Of a stretch of DNA of 64,000 nucleotides, positions 17,847 to 26,903 are shown in pieces. Source of the stretch: Prosthecobacter sp. GTDB lineage: Bacteria; Verrucomicrobiota; Verrucomicrobiia; Verrucomicrobiales; Verrucomicrobiaceae. The notes under the pieces are model-generated. The model ran no database searches. It saw only the letters and a program-made list of their open reading frames with translations, and was not told the origin of the DNA. The position numbers were made by a program, and so were the translations under genes. The stretch is from contig JAFMIR010000016.1 of assembly GCA_017853885.1 (NCBI GenBank), positions 8,990 to 72,989 of the forward strand, read 5' to 3'. Within the stretch, counting starts at the first letter, position 1. Each line of letters starts with the position of its first letter.

Positions 17847-18859
17847 GCGGACTCATCGGTCACACCACTTACGGCCTTGTTGCTCTTCGGGAGGCAAAGG
17901 CACGCGGTTTGGCTGTGGCGTCGATGATTGAGCGGCATCTGCCGTCGTTTTTGTGCGGTGCTTACATCGGCAGTGACATTCAATGCATGCCTGAGGCGGT
18001 GTGTGTGGACACGGGGCGCGACGTTGGCTTTGGGACGGTGCCTTTGGAGAAAAGTCCGATCACCGGTGGCGCGGTGAAGCCGTGGTCGTTCACGCATGAA
18101 GGCCGAAGCTATCGACCGAAGGAGCTGCATGAGTTGTTTTATGGTCGTGCGCATCTTGTGTTTGGCTGGGCGAAACCGGATGTGGGCCTGCGGGTGCCGT
18201 GGGATCATCTGGCGGAGTATTGTGCGCTCGCGGTGCGCGATGATCTGCGCTCGGAGCGAGGTTTGGCGTATGCGCTGGGTTGGATGGTTCACATGGTGGG
18301 CGATTCGCTCATCAAATCCGTACAGCCGGGCATTCGCATGCATCTGCTTGATGGCGTTTACACGCCGCGGAATCGCATCGTGCAGGATCAGTTCTCGTTT
18401 CATGTAATCGGGCGCGAGCTGCGCGTGGATTGGGAGAAAAACTTCCGCGAGATGGCTGCGACGCCCGTGGAGCCGATCCAGCCGCACTACATGCGTGTGG
18501 CGGAGGCGCGTGGAGAGCTCGCGCGAGTGTTTGATGAAGGCTGGAAGCTGGAACTGCTTCCGCTGCTGGAGGCGGTGCTCGCTGAAAACCGTCGCTGGCT
18601 GCCGCATCACACGAAGGACGTGCTGAAGGTGGTGAAGCTCACCGATGGCAAAGCGAGTGAAGATGCTGTGCGAATCAGCGGAGGCCTGCGGCACGAAGAG
18701 ATGCTCGGAATCGCCGAAGCGGCCGGCATGCGAAGCACTCTGATGACGATTGCAGACGAGTGCGTGGCACTCTATGAGCGTGTGATCGATCTGGTTCCGG
18801 AGTGGAAGGCGCTGCCGAAAGTGCAGGTGGAGCCGTGGAGCCGGCTTGGTGTGCGTTGA
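17843..18859 (+). CDS. Hypothetical protein resembling the zinc-dependent phospholipase C / P1 nuclease fold
   Basis: N-terminal GH, GxxGSD, RAH and GWMVHMVGD candidate Zn ligands. ATGA overlap with the upstream gene. Confidence 0.6.
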   Translation: MSGLIGHTTYGLVALREAKARGLAVASMIERHLPSFLCGAYIGSDIQCMPEAVCVDTGRDVGFGTVPLEKSPITGGAVKPWSFTHEGRSYRPKELHELFYGRAHLVFGWAKPDVGLRVPWDHLAEYCALAVRDDLRSERGLAYALGWMVHMVGDSLIKSVQPGIRMHLLDGVYTPRNRIVQDQFSFHVIGRELRVDWEKNFREMAATPVEPIQPHYMRVAEARGELARVFDEGWKLELLPLLEAVLAENRRWLPHHTKDVLKVVKLTDGKASEDAVRISGGLRHEEMLGIAEAAGMRSTLMTIADECVALYERVIDLVPEWKALPKVQVEPWSRLGVR

Positions 18860-18861
18860 GG

Positions 18862-20325
18862 CTACTTCTTCTTCCCCTTGCCTTTGCCCTTCTTCGGGCC
18901 GCCGTCGGCTGCGTTGCCTTCCATGAGATCGGGGAGCGGGAGGTAGTCCCAGTCGAGGATCATCTTTTCGGCGAGGGCAGCGCGGAGTTCGCGCTCGACG
19001 GCGGCGAGTTCGGGTTTGCCGCTGAGGTTGTTCAGCTCGCCGGGATCGGCGTCGAGGTCGTAGAGTTCATAAACGGGCCGCGGTGTGGTGAAGTAGGTGG
19101 CGCTATGGCCGGATGAGAGTTTGCCGGCGGCGTGGGCTTCTTGGATTTGTTTCCACGCTTGTCCCCCGGAGGAATCGACGGGCGAGTATGGAATCCAAGG
19201 CGTGCAGTTGTAGATGAACTTGTAGTGATCGCTGCGCACGGCGCGGGCGAGGTCGTAGCCGGCATTAGTCATGCTCGCCTGCACGGGCGCGGAGCCGTGC
19301 GGGCCGCGCTCGACGAAAATATGCTTCCGCGGCACATGCTTCTCGCCTTTGAGCAGCGGCAGGAAGCTTACGCCGCTCATTTTGGGGCCGGGGGCGAGGC
19401 CGGCGGCATCGAGGAGCGTTGGCGCGAGGTCTTCGCCGCTGATGAGGGCACGTGAATCGCCGCCGGGCTTCACGACGCCGGGCCAGCGGATGACGAAGGG
19501 CACCTTGGAGCCCGGATCGTAGAGCGAGCCTTTGCCGTGCGGCATCGCCATGCCATTGTCGCCGCAGAAGATGATGATCGTGCTGTCCATGAGGTCGCGC
19601 TTCTTCAGCTCGGCCAGCACGGTGCCAACGGTGCGATCGACGCGGTTCACCTCGGCGCAGTAATCGGCGAGTTGCTCGCGTATGCCGGGCAGATCAGGGA
19701 AATGCGGCGGAAGCTGGAGCGAGGCGGGATCGGGGCGGAACTCCGCGGGCGCATTCCACGCGTGATGCGGGTCGCTGAAGTTTGCCCACATGAAGAAGGG
19801 TTTATCCGCGGGCTTTTTGTCGAGAAACGCAGCGAGCTGGCTGGCGACCTCGTTGTCGCCGCAGGTGTTGAGGAAGTCCACGCGGTCGATGAAGGTCTTC
19901 AACTGATGCTCTTGAAACACCTTCGATGCCGCAGCGCCGACTTTGGCGGAACCATCGAGATGGAAGCTGCGCCCGCACACGCCGGTGAAGTAGCCGCCTT
20001 TGTTGCGAAGCAGCTCCGGCAGCGTGATCTCATCGCGCGGCAGCGGCGCGGAGAATCGCGTCATGCGTGCCGCGACGGGCGAGCGACCCGTCATCAGCGT
20101 GGCACGCGAGGGCACGCACTGCGGGGCGCCGGTGAAGAAGCGATGAAACTTGATCCCCTCTGCCGCGAGCTGGTCCACGACGGGCGTTTTGACGTTCGGG
20201 CTGCCGTAGGTGCTGAGGAACGGGTAGCTGTGGTCGTCGCTGAGCAGGAAGAGGATGTTCGGCGGAGCTGAAAATGACGAATGTAGAATCAGGAATGACG
20301 AAAAGAGGATGAGCAGGAGCTTCAT
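18862..20325 (-). CDS. Sulfatase (heparan N-sulfatase-like)
   Basis: SDDHS, CVPSRATLMTGR, GDNG and ELYDLDADPGELNNL motifs. The real start MKLLLIL is at 20325; the longer ORF-track start overlaps the upstream gene. Confidence 0.9.
   Translation of the reverse strand: MKLLLILFSSFLILHSSFSAPPNILFLLSDDHSYPFLSTYGSPNVKTPVVDQLAAEGIKFHRFFTGAPQCVPSRATLMTGRSPVAARMTRFSAPLPRDEITLPELLRNKGGYFTGVCGRSFHLDGSAKVGAAASKVFQEHQLKTFIDRVDFLNTCGDNEVASQLAAFLDKKPADKPFFMWANFSDPHHAWNAPAEFRPDPASLQLPPHFPDLPGIREQLADYCAEVNRVDRTVGTVLAELKKRDLMDSTIIIFCGDNGMAMPHGKGSLYDPGSKVPFVIRWPGVVKPGGDSRALISGEDLAPTLLDAAGLAPGPKMSGVSFLPLLKGEKHVPRKHIFVERGPHGSAPVQASMTNAGYDLARAVRSDHYKFIYNCTPWIPYSPVDSSGGQAWKQIQEAHAAGKLSSGHSATYFTTPRPVYELYDLDADPGELNNLSGKPELAAVERELRAALAEKMILDWDYLPLPDLMEGNAADGGPKKGKGKGKKK
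20275..20302. repeat. Degenerate heptamer tandem repeat inside a signal-peptide coding region
   Basis: The plus strand reads TGACGAA TGTAGAA TCAGGAA TGACGAA, encoding part of FSSFLILHSSF. Confidence 0.6.
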
Positions 20326-20368
20326 GTGGCCGTGAAACGCGGCCATGAGCTGCGGCTTTCGTCTTTCC

Positions 20369-21109
20369 TCAAGCGGGTGGCGTGGCGGTCGCAGCGGCTG
20401 CGTAGGCCTCTTTGAGCTTCGTGTCGGTTTGCGTGTGGGAGCCGCGATACACGAGCAATAGGCCGAGACGTGAGTGCTCGGTCGTGTTGGGTGCGGAGTG
20501 GTGGATCGTCTCGCACTGATGGATGGTGGCATCGCCGGGCTCCAAAAGGCCGCAAAACTGCTCGTTGAGAGGAACTGTGGGGGTTTCGGTCATGCCGATG
20601 CTGTTGCCGCGCACGCCGCTGGGGCGTGTTGGGAGCATGCCGGCTTTGTGGGAGCCTTTGACGAAGAAAACGGGACCGTTGGCCTCCGTGACGGCATCAA
20701 TGGCGATCCAGACGGTGAGCATGTCGGGTGGCGTCTGGCAGAAGTAGGCGTTGTCTTGATGATACGGCACGCCGGAGCCGATGCGGGCGGGTTTGTTGAA
20801 GGTCTCGACGGCGCACAAAACGGGCTCGCCATGCACGAGAGGCGCGATGAGGGCCTTGATGTCCGCTCGTTCGCCGAGAGCGCGGAAGAAGTCGTTGTGC
20901 TCTTCGAGCCGCCAGAGGTTGCGGACGGTTTTCTCGTCCTTTTCGAGCGTTCGTGCGCTTGATGGTTTGTTGGCGAGATCCTCACTTATGTAGCGATCTA
21001 GCTCCTCACGCACAGTGGCGACTTCATCGGCTCTGAGAAAGCTGCGAATCAGGATGACCCCATCGCGTTCGTAATCGGCAGCAAAGGATTCAGGCGCGGA
21101 CAAGCTCAT
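20369..21109 (-). CDS. Phytanoyl-CoA dioxygenase (PhyH) family Fe(II)/2OG oxygenase
   Basis: YHQD (HxD), [11 protein letters not shown]...GSH, distal His in HHSAPN and the RLG 2OG-binding Arg. Confidence 0.9.
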   Translation of the reverse strand: MSLSAPESFAADYERDGVILIRSFLRADEVATVREELDRYISEDLANKPSSARTLEKDEKTVRNLWRLEEHNDFFRALGERADIKALIAPLVHGEPVLCAVETFNKPARIGSGVPYHQDNAYFCQTPPDMLTVWIAIDAVTEANGPVFFVKGSHKAGMLPTRPSGVRGNSIGMTETPTVPLNEQFCGLLEPGDATIHQCETIHHSAPNTTEHSRLGLLLVYRGSHTQTDTKLKEAYAAAATATPPA

Positions 21110-21214
21110 GTGCAGCATCATGCACGAGACGTTCAATCCGCCAACGAACAAGCCCTGGTCCAAGAATTGGACCAGGGCTTGTGTTTGGAATGTCGTCGAG
21201 CGAGAAGTCGTCGA

Positions 21215-22531
21215 TCAATCCATGTAGTCGTTGATCAGGTTCTCCAGCATCTCCTGACGACCGCTGGAGGGGATCACACGGCCAAGCTTCAACGCGTGTT
21301 TCTCAAGCGATTCGAAAGTGGCCTTGCCTGCCGTAACGGTTTTGCCGATGCCGCTTTCGAAGGTGGCATAGCGGGCTTTCACGAAGCGGTCGAGCTCGCC
21401 GTCCTCGATGATGCGGTGGGCGATCTTCAGGCCGCGGGCGAAAGCATCCATGCCGCCGATGTGGGCGTGGAAGATGTCCACGACCTCGTGGCTCTCGCGG
21501 CGCACCTTGGCGTCGAAGTTGAGGCCGCCGGTCTTGAAGCCGCCTGCGCGTAGCAGTTGCAGCATCATCTGCGTGGTCATGTAAACATTCGTCGGGAACT
21601 GGTCGGTGTCCCAGCCGATGAGTTCGTCGCCGGTGTTGGCGTCGATGCTGCCGAGAGCGCCCGCGTTCGCCGAGACGGCGAGCTCGTGCTCGACGCGATG
21701 CAGCGCGAGAGTGGCGTGATTGGTCTCGATGTTGAGTTTGAAGTGCTCCAGCAGGTCAAACTCACGCAGGAAGTTCAAGCAGGCCGCCGCGTCGCTGTCG
21801 TATTGATGCGTGGAGGGCTCGCGCGGCTTCGGTTCGATGTAGAACTGGCCTTTGAAGCCGATCTTCTTTTTATAATCGACCGCCATGTGCAGGAAGTGGG
21901 CGAGGTTGGCCACTTCGCGCTTCATGTCGGTGTTCAAGAGTGTGGCGTAGCCTTCGCGGCCGCCCCAGAAGGTGTAACCGAGGCCGTTGAGGCGATGCGT
22001 GACCTCCATGGCCTTCTTCACCTGCGCGGCGGCGATGGCATACACGTCGGCGTTCGGGCTGGTGGCCGCGCCCTGCATGTAGCGCGGATGCGCGAAGAGG
22101 CAGGCGGTGCCCCACAGGAGCTTGATGCCGGTCTGCTTCTGCAGCTTCTTCAAATGATCCGCCACGGCGTCCAGTGCGTCGCTGCTGGCCTGGAGATCGT
22201 CGAGCTCCGGCGCGACATCGCGATCGTGGAAGCAGTAGAAGCCGAGGCCGAGCTTCTGCATCATCTCAAAGCCCGCATCGGCCACGCGCTTCGCGTTGTC
22301 GATGCTGGTGCTGCCGTCGTCCCACGGGCACTGACGCGTCGGGCCGCCGAAGGGATCGCTGGAGCCGCCCTTCAATGCATGCCAGTAGGCCAGCGAGAAG
22401 CGCAGATGCTCGCGCATGGTCTTCTTGCCCACGACTTCGTCGGGATTGTAGTGACGGAAGGCGAGACGGTTCTTCGTCTTCGGCCCTTCATAGGCGACGG
22501 GCTTGATCTTCGGGAAGTATTCCTGGCTCAT
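21215..22531 (-). CDS. xylA: Xylose isomerase (class II)
   Basis: [38 protein letters not shown] and GGLNFDAK motifs. Confidence 0.97.
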   Translation of the reverse strand: MSQEYFPKIKPVAYEGPKTKNRLAFRHYNPDEVVGKKTMREHLRFSLAYWHALKGGSSDPFGGPTRQCPWDDGSTSIDNAKRVADAGFEMMQKLGLGFYCFHDRDVAPELDDLQASSDALDAVADHLKKLQKQTGIKLLWGTACLFAHPRYMQGAATSPNADVYAIAAAQVKKAMEVTHRLNGLGYTFWGGREGYATLLNTDMKREVANLAHFLHMAVDYKKKIGFKGQFYIEPKPREPSTHQYDSDAAACLNFLREFDLLEHFKLNIETNHATLALHRVEHELAVSANAGALGSIDANTGDELIGWDTDQFPTNVYMTTQMMLQLLRAGGFKTGGLNFDAKVRRESHEVVDIFHAHIGGMDAFARGLKIAHRIIEDGELDRFVKARYATFESGIGKTVTAGKATFESLEKHALKLGRVIPSSGRQEMLENLINDYMD

Positions 22532-22662
22532 GTGTTTGTGGTTGGGTTGGAGTGGGATGAATCGCTTTTATACACTTCTGGAGTGGCGGGAGTCTGGTAA
22601 TGATCTGCCAATGTTTGTTGAAATGCGGTCGCATTTAAACGCAGGACCGAGGTGAGGCAAGA

Positions 22663-25236
22663 TCACTTCCCCGCCACCTTCGGCGCGGGCTCCAGCACGT
22701 CCAGCTCGTGGATGGACCAGAAGGTGCCTTTGGTGCTGCCGGTGTCGGTGATGCGGATGAATCTGGCTTTGGCGGGCTTGGGGAAGAGGAAGTCGGTGGT
22801 GCTGACTTTTTCGCTCTGGCCTTCGAGGATGGGTTTGTCCCAGGTTTGGCCGTCTGGGGAGAGTTCGATCTTCCAGCCGCGTGGCCAGTCGCCGCGGGAG
22901 GTGGCGGTGTCGAGGGTGAGACCGGCGATGTTGGTGGGCTGTGGCAGTTCGATCTGCACCCACATGCCGGGCGTTTGCGAGGTGTGCGTGTCCCAGCGGG
23001 TCTCGGGATTGCCGTCGATGGCGCGGGCGAGATCCTTGGCGTTGTGGCTGGCGGTGAGCTTCCACGCGCTGCGATTTTCGAGCGGGAGTTGCGGGCCGGT
23101 GCGCTTGAGTTCTTCGATGGTCCACGGCGTGGTGCGCGTGGCGAGTTCTTTGCGCAGTTTGGCGACCTCATCTTTCGTGATGAAGCGGCCGTTGTTGCCA
23201 AAGCTCTTGCGCACGTAGCTGGCGATGTCGGCGAGCCATTCATCGGGATTGTTCGCCATCGGGATCATCTGCGCCTGATACGTTTTGCCGTTCACCGGGC
23301 CGCTGAGGCCGTGGAGGAGCACGCGGAGGACTTGATCGCCCTGCAAGACGGTCTTCGAGGCGGCGAGCGCCGGGGCGAGGGTCATGCCAGGAGCGAGTCC
23401 ATCAATGGCGGTGCCTTTGCCATCGAGGCCGTGGCAGGTGAAGCACAGCTCCTGATAAATGGCCTGGCCGCGACGCATCTGATCTTTCTGCGCATTGCTG
23501 AACTCACGCGGGAAGCTGATCTGGCCGTTGAGCATCTGCCCGGCCATTTCTTTGACGCCTTTCGAGGGCGTGCTGAGCGCGGTGAGGTTGATGAGCTTCG
23601 CGTGGTCCTTCCACTTCATCTGCTTTGCGGTGAGCAGGGCCTGGATGACGACGGTGGGATCGCTGTCCTTCGTCAAAGCGGTGATGTCAGCCACGAGCGT
23701 CTCATCGGCGAGCGATTCGCTGGCGCGGATGGCGGCACGGCGTAGCACGGGCGATGCGTCCTTCAAAGCGGCACGCACGAGATCGCTGGTGAGCGCGCCG
23801 AGACCTTCGAGCGTCCACAGCGCGTGGATGCGGGCGAGGTCGCTGCCGTTTTTCTGAAGCATCGCGATGAGCGCGGGCGCGACGTTTTTGTCCTGCTTCA
23901 AAACGAGCAGCTTCTGCGCGGTGTCGCGATGCCAGCCATTCGGATGCGCGAGCGCCTCGACGAGTTGCGCGGGCGTGGCGTCGAGCCATTTCGGCGCGGG
24001 CACGGGCTTCGTCTTGTCATGCACGAGACGCCACACACGGCCGCGATTGATGATCTTGTCCATGCTGTGCTGCAGGATCACTTTGCGCAGGTAGCTGCCT
24101 TCTTTGGTCCAATTTCCCTCCTGGATGATGCCGCGATACATGTCGCAGATGAAGAGCGTGCCATCCGGCGCGGTTTTCATATCGACGGGGCGGAAGCACG
24201 CGTCCGTGCTGCGCAGGAACTCGCTCTGCGGATGCGGATTGTGCAGAATGGTGATGCCGTCCTTCACCTCGATGCTCGTGCGGCGCACCAGACGGCCCAC
24301 GGGCTCGCCAAAGAAGAGATTGCCGCGCAGCTCGGCGGGCAATTGGTCGCCTCGGAAGATCTCGCCACCGCAGGTCGCGGTGAAATGATTCAGCGTGTCG
24401 TCCTCGCGCGACTTGCCGGGGCCGCCCTGGTAATCACGCAGACCCATCGCCGGCCACACGACCTCAAACCCGGGCTCGAACTGCCCGCGGGTGAGCGATT
24501 GACCATAGAGGATGTGGTTTTGGAAATTGAGCGGGCCTTTCTCGCCGCCCGCGTTCACCACCCAGAACTTGCCCTCATCATCCTGCGTCGCGCCCCACTG
24601 GCCGCCATTGCCGGGAATGTCTTGCTTGATGAGCTGGCCGTCCTTCCAGCGCAGGCGGTAGTTGTTCACCGCGGTGTAGATCCAGTTGTCCAGCGCCCAC
24701 GTCATGCCGCTGGGCTGATGCTCCAGATTGCCGCCACGTGGTCCGCCTTGATACACCGGCTTCTTTTCATCGCTCACGCCGTCGCCGTTCGTGTCTTTAT
24801 AAAGGTAGATGTCGTTCGTGTCCGTCTCGCCGATCAGCACGCCATCGGCCAGCGGCAGCAGCAGGCGCGGCAGTTTCAACTTGTCCGCAAAGACGCGATG
24901 CATGTCGTATTTGCCATCGCCCTTGCTCGACCAATGCACCGACACGCGGCTCGTGCTCACCAGTTCGTCCGTGCCGTCGATGTCGCGCATGTAGCTGCTC
25001 ATCTCCGCGACGTAGAGCCTGCCGTTGCCATCGAAGGCTAGGCAAACCGGCTCCGTGATGTCCGGCTCGCTCAGAATCAGCTCCATGCGATACCCCGGCG
25101 GCAATTGAAAGGTCATTTGCTCCTCCGCCGCCGTGAGCGCCTTCACCGGCGGCTTCGGCGGGAAGTCGGTGGCATCATCGGCCAGCAGGCGACCGAGCGA
25201 GAGGGCAGTGACGAAAGCAAGGGGGCGGAGTTTCAT
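22663..25236 (-). CDS. PVC-type heme-binding protein: beta-propeller dehydrogenase-like domain, HEAT repeats, cytochrome c and F5/8-type C (discoidin) domain
   Basis: Signal peptide MKLRPLAF at 25236; EPVCLAFDGNGRLYVAEM, FRPVD...PDGTLFICDMYR, HEAT-like repeats, CFTCH heme site and a C-terminal W.QIEL...WSIHEL domain. The longer ORF extension is antisense to the AraC gene. Confidence 0.88.
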   Translation of the reverse strand: MKLRPLAFVTALSLGRLLADDATDFPPKPPVKALTAAEEQMTFQLPPGYRMELILSEPDITEPVCLAFDGNGRLYVAEMSSYMRDIDGTDELVSTSRVSVHWSSKGDGKYDMHRVFADKLKLPRLLLPLADGVLIGETDTNDIYLYKDTNGDGVSDEKKPVYQGGPRGGNLEHQPSGMTWALDNWIYTAVNNYRLRWKDGQLIKQDIPGNGGQWGATQDDEGKFWVVNAGGEKGPLNFQNHILYGQSLTRGQFEPGFEVVWPAMGLRDYQGGPGKSREDDTLNHFTATCGGEIFRGDQLPAELRGNLFFGEPVGRLVRRTSIEVKDGITILHNPHPQSEFLRSTDACFRPVDMKTAPDGTLFICDMYRGIIQEGNWTKEGSYLRKVILQHSMDKIINRGRVWRLVHDKTKPVPAPKWLDATPAQLVEALAHPNGWHRDTAQKLLVLKQDKNVAPALIAMLQKNGSDLARIHALWTLEGLGALTSDLVRAALKDASPVLRRAAIRASESLADETLVADITALTKDSDPTVVIQALLTAKQMKWKDHAKLINLTALSTPSKGVKEMAGQMLNGQISFPREFSNAQKDQMRRGQAIYQELCFTCHGLDGKGTAIDGLAPGMTLAPALAASKTVLQGDQVLRVLLHGLSGPVNGKTYQAQMIPMANNPDEWLADIASYVRKSFGNNGRFITKDEVAKLRKELATRTTPWTIEELKRTGPQLPLENRSAWKLTASHNAKDLARAIDGNPETRWDTHTSQTPGMWVQIELPQPTNIAGLTLDTATSRGDWPRGWKIELSPDGQTWDKPILEGQSEKVSTTDFLFPKPAKARFIRITDTGSTKGTFWSIHELDVLEPAPKVAGK

Positions 25237-25289
25237 GACGGTGCGAAAAAAGATCAACATCAATACTTTCGCCGCCCACGGCTCCTTTG

Positions 25290-25317
25290 GTGACAGACCG
25301 CCAATCTTTGTTAAAAT
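25290..25317 (+). promoter_or_regulatory. Putative sigma70 promoter (GTGACA -35; TGnTAAAAT extended -10) for a leaderless AraC mRNA
   Basis: GTGACA at 25290-25295, 16-nt spacer, TG at 25309-25310, TAAAAT at 25312-25317, and the ATG 6 nt later at 25324. Confidence 0.6.
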
Positions 25318-25323
25318 CCGGCC

Positions 25324-26064
25324 ATGCCGTTGCCGCGCCTCCAAGCTGACTTTTTCGCCCGGATCGCCGATCCGCAGGGCGTGCGGGCGATTTTCGAGCA
25401 CATGCCCGGCGTGTTCTTTTTCATGAAGGACGACCAGGGGCGGCACATCGCGGCGAACAGCGCCACCTTTGAGCGCTTCGGCATCAAGAGCGAGCGCGAG
25501 CTCGTCGGTGCGATGGATGAGAAATTCTTCCCGCCCGATGTCGCGAAGGCGTATCGCGACGACGACCAGAAAGTCATCCGCAGCGGCAAACCGCTCATCA
25601 ACCGCCTCGAAGTCTGGTATGACGAGCAGCGGAACCTGAGCTGGTTCCTCTGCACGAAGCTGCCCGTGCGCGACAAACGCGGCAAGGTCATCGGCGTCAT
25701 GGGCATCACCCGCCGCGATGAGGACCGCATGCGCCAGCACGACGTGCGCGAGGTCACCGTCGCCGCGCAATACGCCCGCGAGCACTGCCACGAAGTCGTC
25801 ACCACCGCCGAGCTCGCCCGCGCCGCCGGCGTCTCCGAGCGCCACCTGCATCGCAAGCTCCGCATCGCCCTCGACATCAGCCCCTACGAGCTCCTGCTCC
25901 GCTCCCGCATCCAATCTGCTGCCGAAGCCCTAGCCAAAACCACGCTCCCGATCATCCAGATCGCCCTCGACCACGCCTTCTGCGATCAAAGCGCCTTCAC
26001 CCAGCAATTCCGCAAACGCACCGGCATGACCCCGAAGGAATTCAGGCGGCGGCATCAAGGGTGA
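25324..26064 (+). CDS. PAS-domain AraC family transcriptional regulator
   Basis: N-terminal PAS (FFMKDDQGRHIAAN...TKLPVRD...IGVMGI) and C-terminal AraC HTH (IALDHAFCDQSAFTQQFRKRTGMTP). Confidence 0.92.
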   Translation: MPLPRLQADFFARIADPQGVRAIFEHMPGVFFFMKDDQGRHIAANSATFERFGIKSERELVGAMDEKFFPPDVAKAYRDDDQKVIRSGKPLINRLEVWYDEQRNLSWFLCTKLPVRDKRGKVIGVMGITRRDEDRMRQHDVREVTVAAQYAREHCHEVVTTAELARAAGVSERHLHRKLRIALDISPYELLLRSRIQSAAEALAKTTLPIIQIALDHAFCDQSAFTQQFRKRTGMTPKEFRRRHQG

Positions 26065-26866
26065 GCTCGGCCATCAACGCCGGATCATCAAACTCCAGCG
26101 CCGCGAAAGCCTGATCGAGATGCGCGGGCGTGCGCCCGCCGACGAGGACGGTGTCGATGCCCGACTGATGCAAGGCCCACGCCAGCGCGAGATGCGCCTG
26201 TGAGTGCCCGCTGCGCTTCGCGATGGTTTCGAGCCTTGCGAGGCGCTGATACGCCGCCTCATGAAAATAGACGTTCTGATGCCCCGGAACGATCTCGAAG
26301 CGTGAACTGGCTTGAACGCCGTTTTGATGCTTCCCAGTCAAAAAACCGGCTCCGAGCGGACTGTAGGTCACGATGACGATGTTGTTCGCGGCGCAGTAAT
26401 CACGCAAAGCCTCGGTGACATCGCTGACGGCGAGGTTGTGATTGTTTTGGATCACGCGGAAACGCGGGCCGAGGGCGCGGAGTTGATCGAGCGTGACGTT
26501 GCTGGCTCCGAATCGCTTCACGGGCAGTTTTTCGAGAGCGGCACCGGCTTGCAGCGCCGTGTCGTGCCATTGATGCAGGTAAAGCAGGTCGATGTGCTCG
26601 ACACCGAGTCGTTTCAGGCTCGGTGTGATGTCGATGCGGTCATATGGCGGCAGGATTTTCGTGGCGATGGTGATGCCTTCAGGCTTTCGCGAAGCCAGCC
26701 ACTTCCCGAGGATCGTTTCCGAAGCTCCGCCGCCGTATGCGGCGGCGGTGTCGAAGTGCGTGACGCCACGTGCAAAGGCGTGATCGAGCAGCGCAAAGGA
26801 CGCGGCTTCGTCGATCTCACGACCGAAGGTCACGCAGCCGAGACCGATGCGGGGCAATGGGTTCAT
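26042..26866 (-). CDS. Aldo/keto reductase
   Basis: GLGCVTFG, FDTAAAYGGG.SE, ATK, DLLYLHQW and YSPLGAGFLTGK motifs. Confidence 0.92.
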   Translation of the reverse strand: MNPLPRIGLGCVTFGREIDEAASFALLDHAFARGVTHFDTAAAYGGGASETILGKWLASRKPEGITIATKILPPYDRIDITPSLKRLGVEHIDLLYLHQWHDTALQAGAALEKLPVKRFGASNVTLDQLRALGPRFRVIQNNHNLAVSDVTEALRDYCAANNIVIVTYSPLGAGFLTGKHQNGVQASSRFEIVPGHQNVYFHEAAYQRLARLETIAKRSGHSQAHLALAWALHQSGIDTVLVGGRTPAHLDQAFAALEFDDPALMAELTLDAAA

Positions 26867-26903
26867 GGAGTCTTTTGAGACGCATGAGGACTGCATGCGC
26901 CGA

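Noticed and set aside
21557-25041. Long plus-strand ORFs (21557-22600, 22708-23745, 23824-25041)
   Set aside because: They are antisense shadows of xylA and the heme protein, expected from high GC3 codon bias.
25237-25914. 226-aa N-terminal extension of the 1083-aa ORF
   Set aside because: It is the reverse complement of the AraC gene. A signal peptide begins at 25236.
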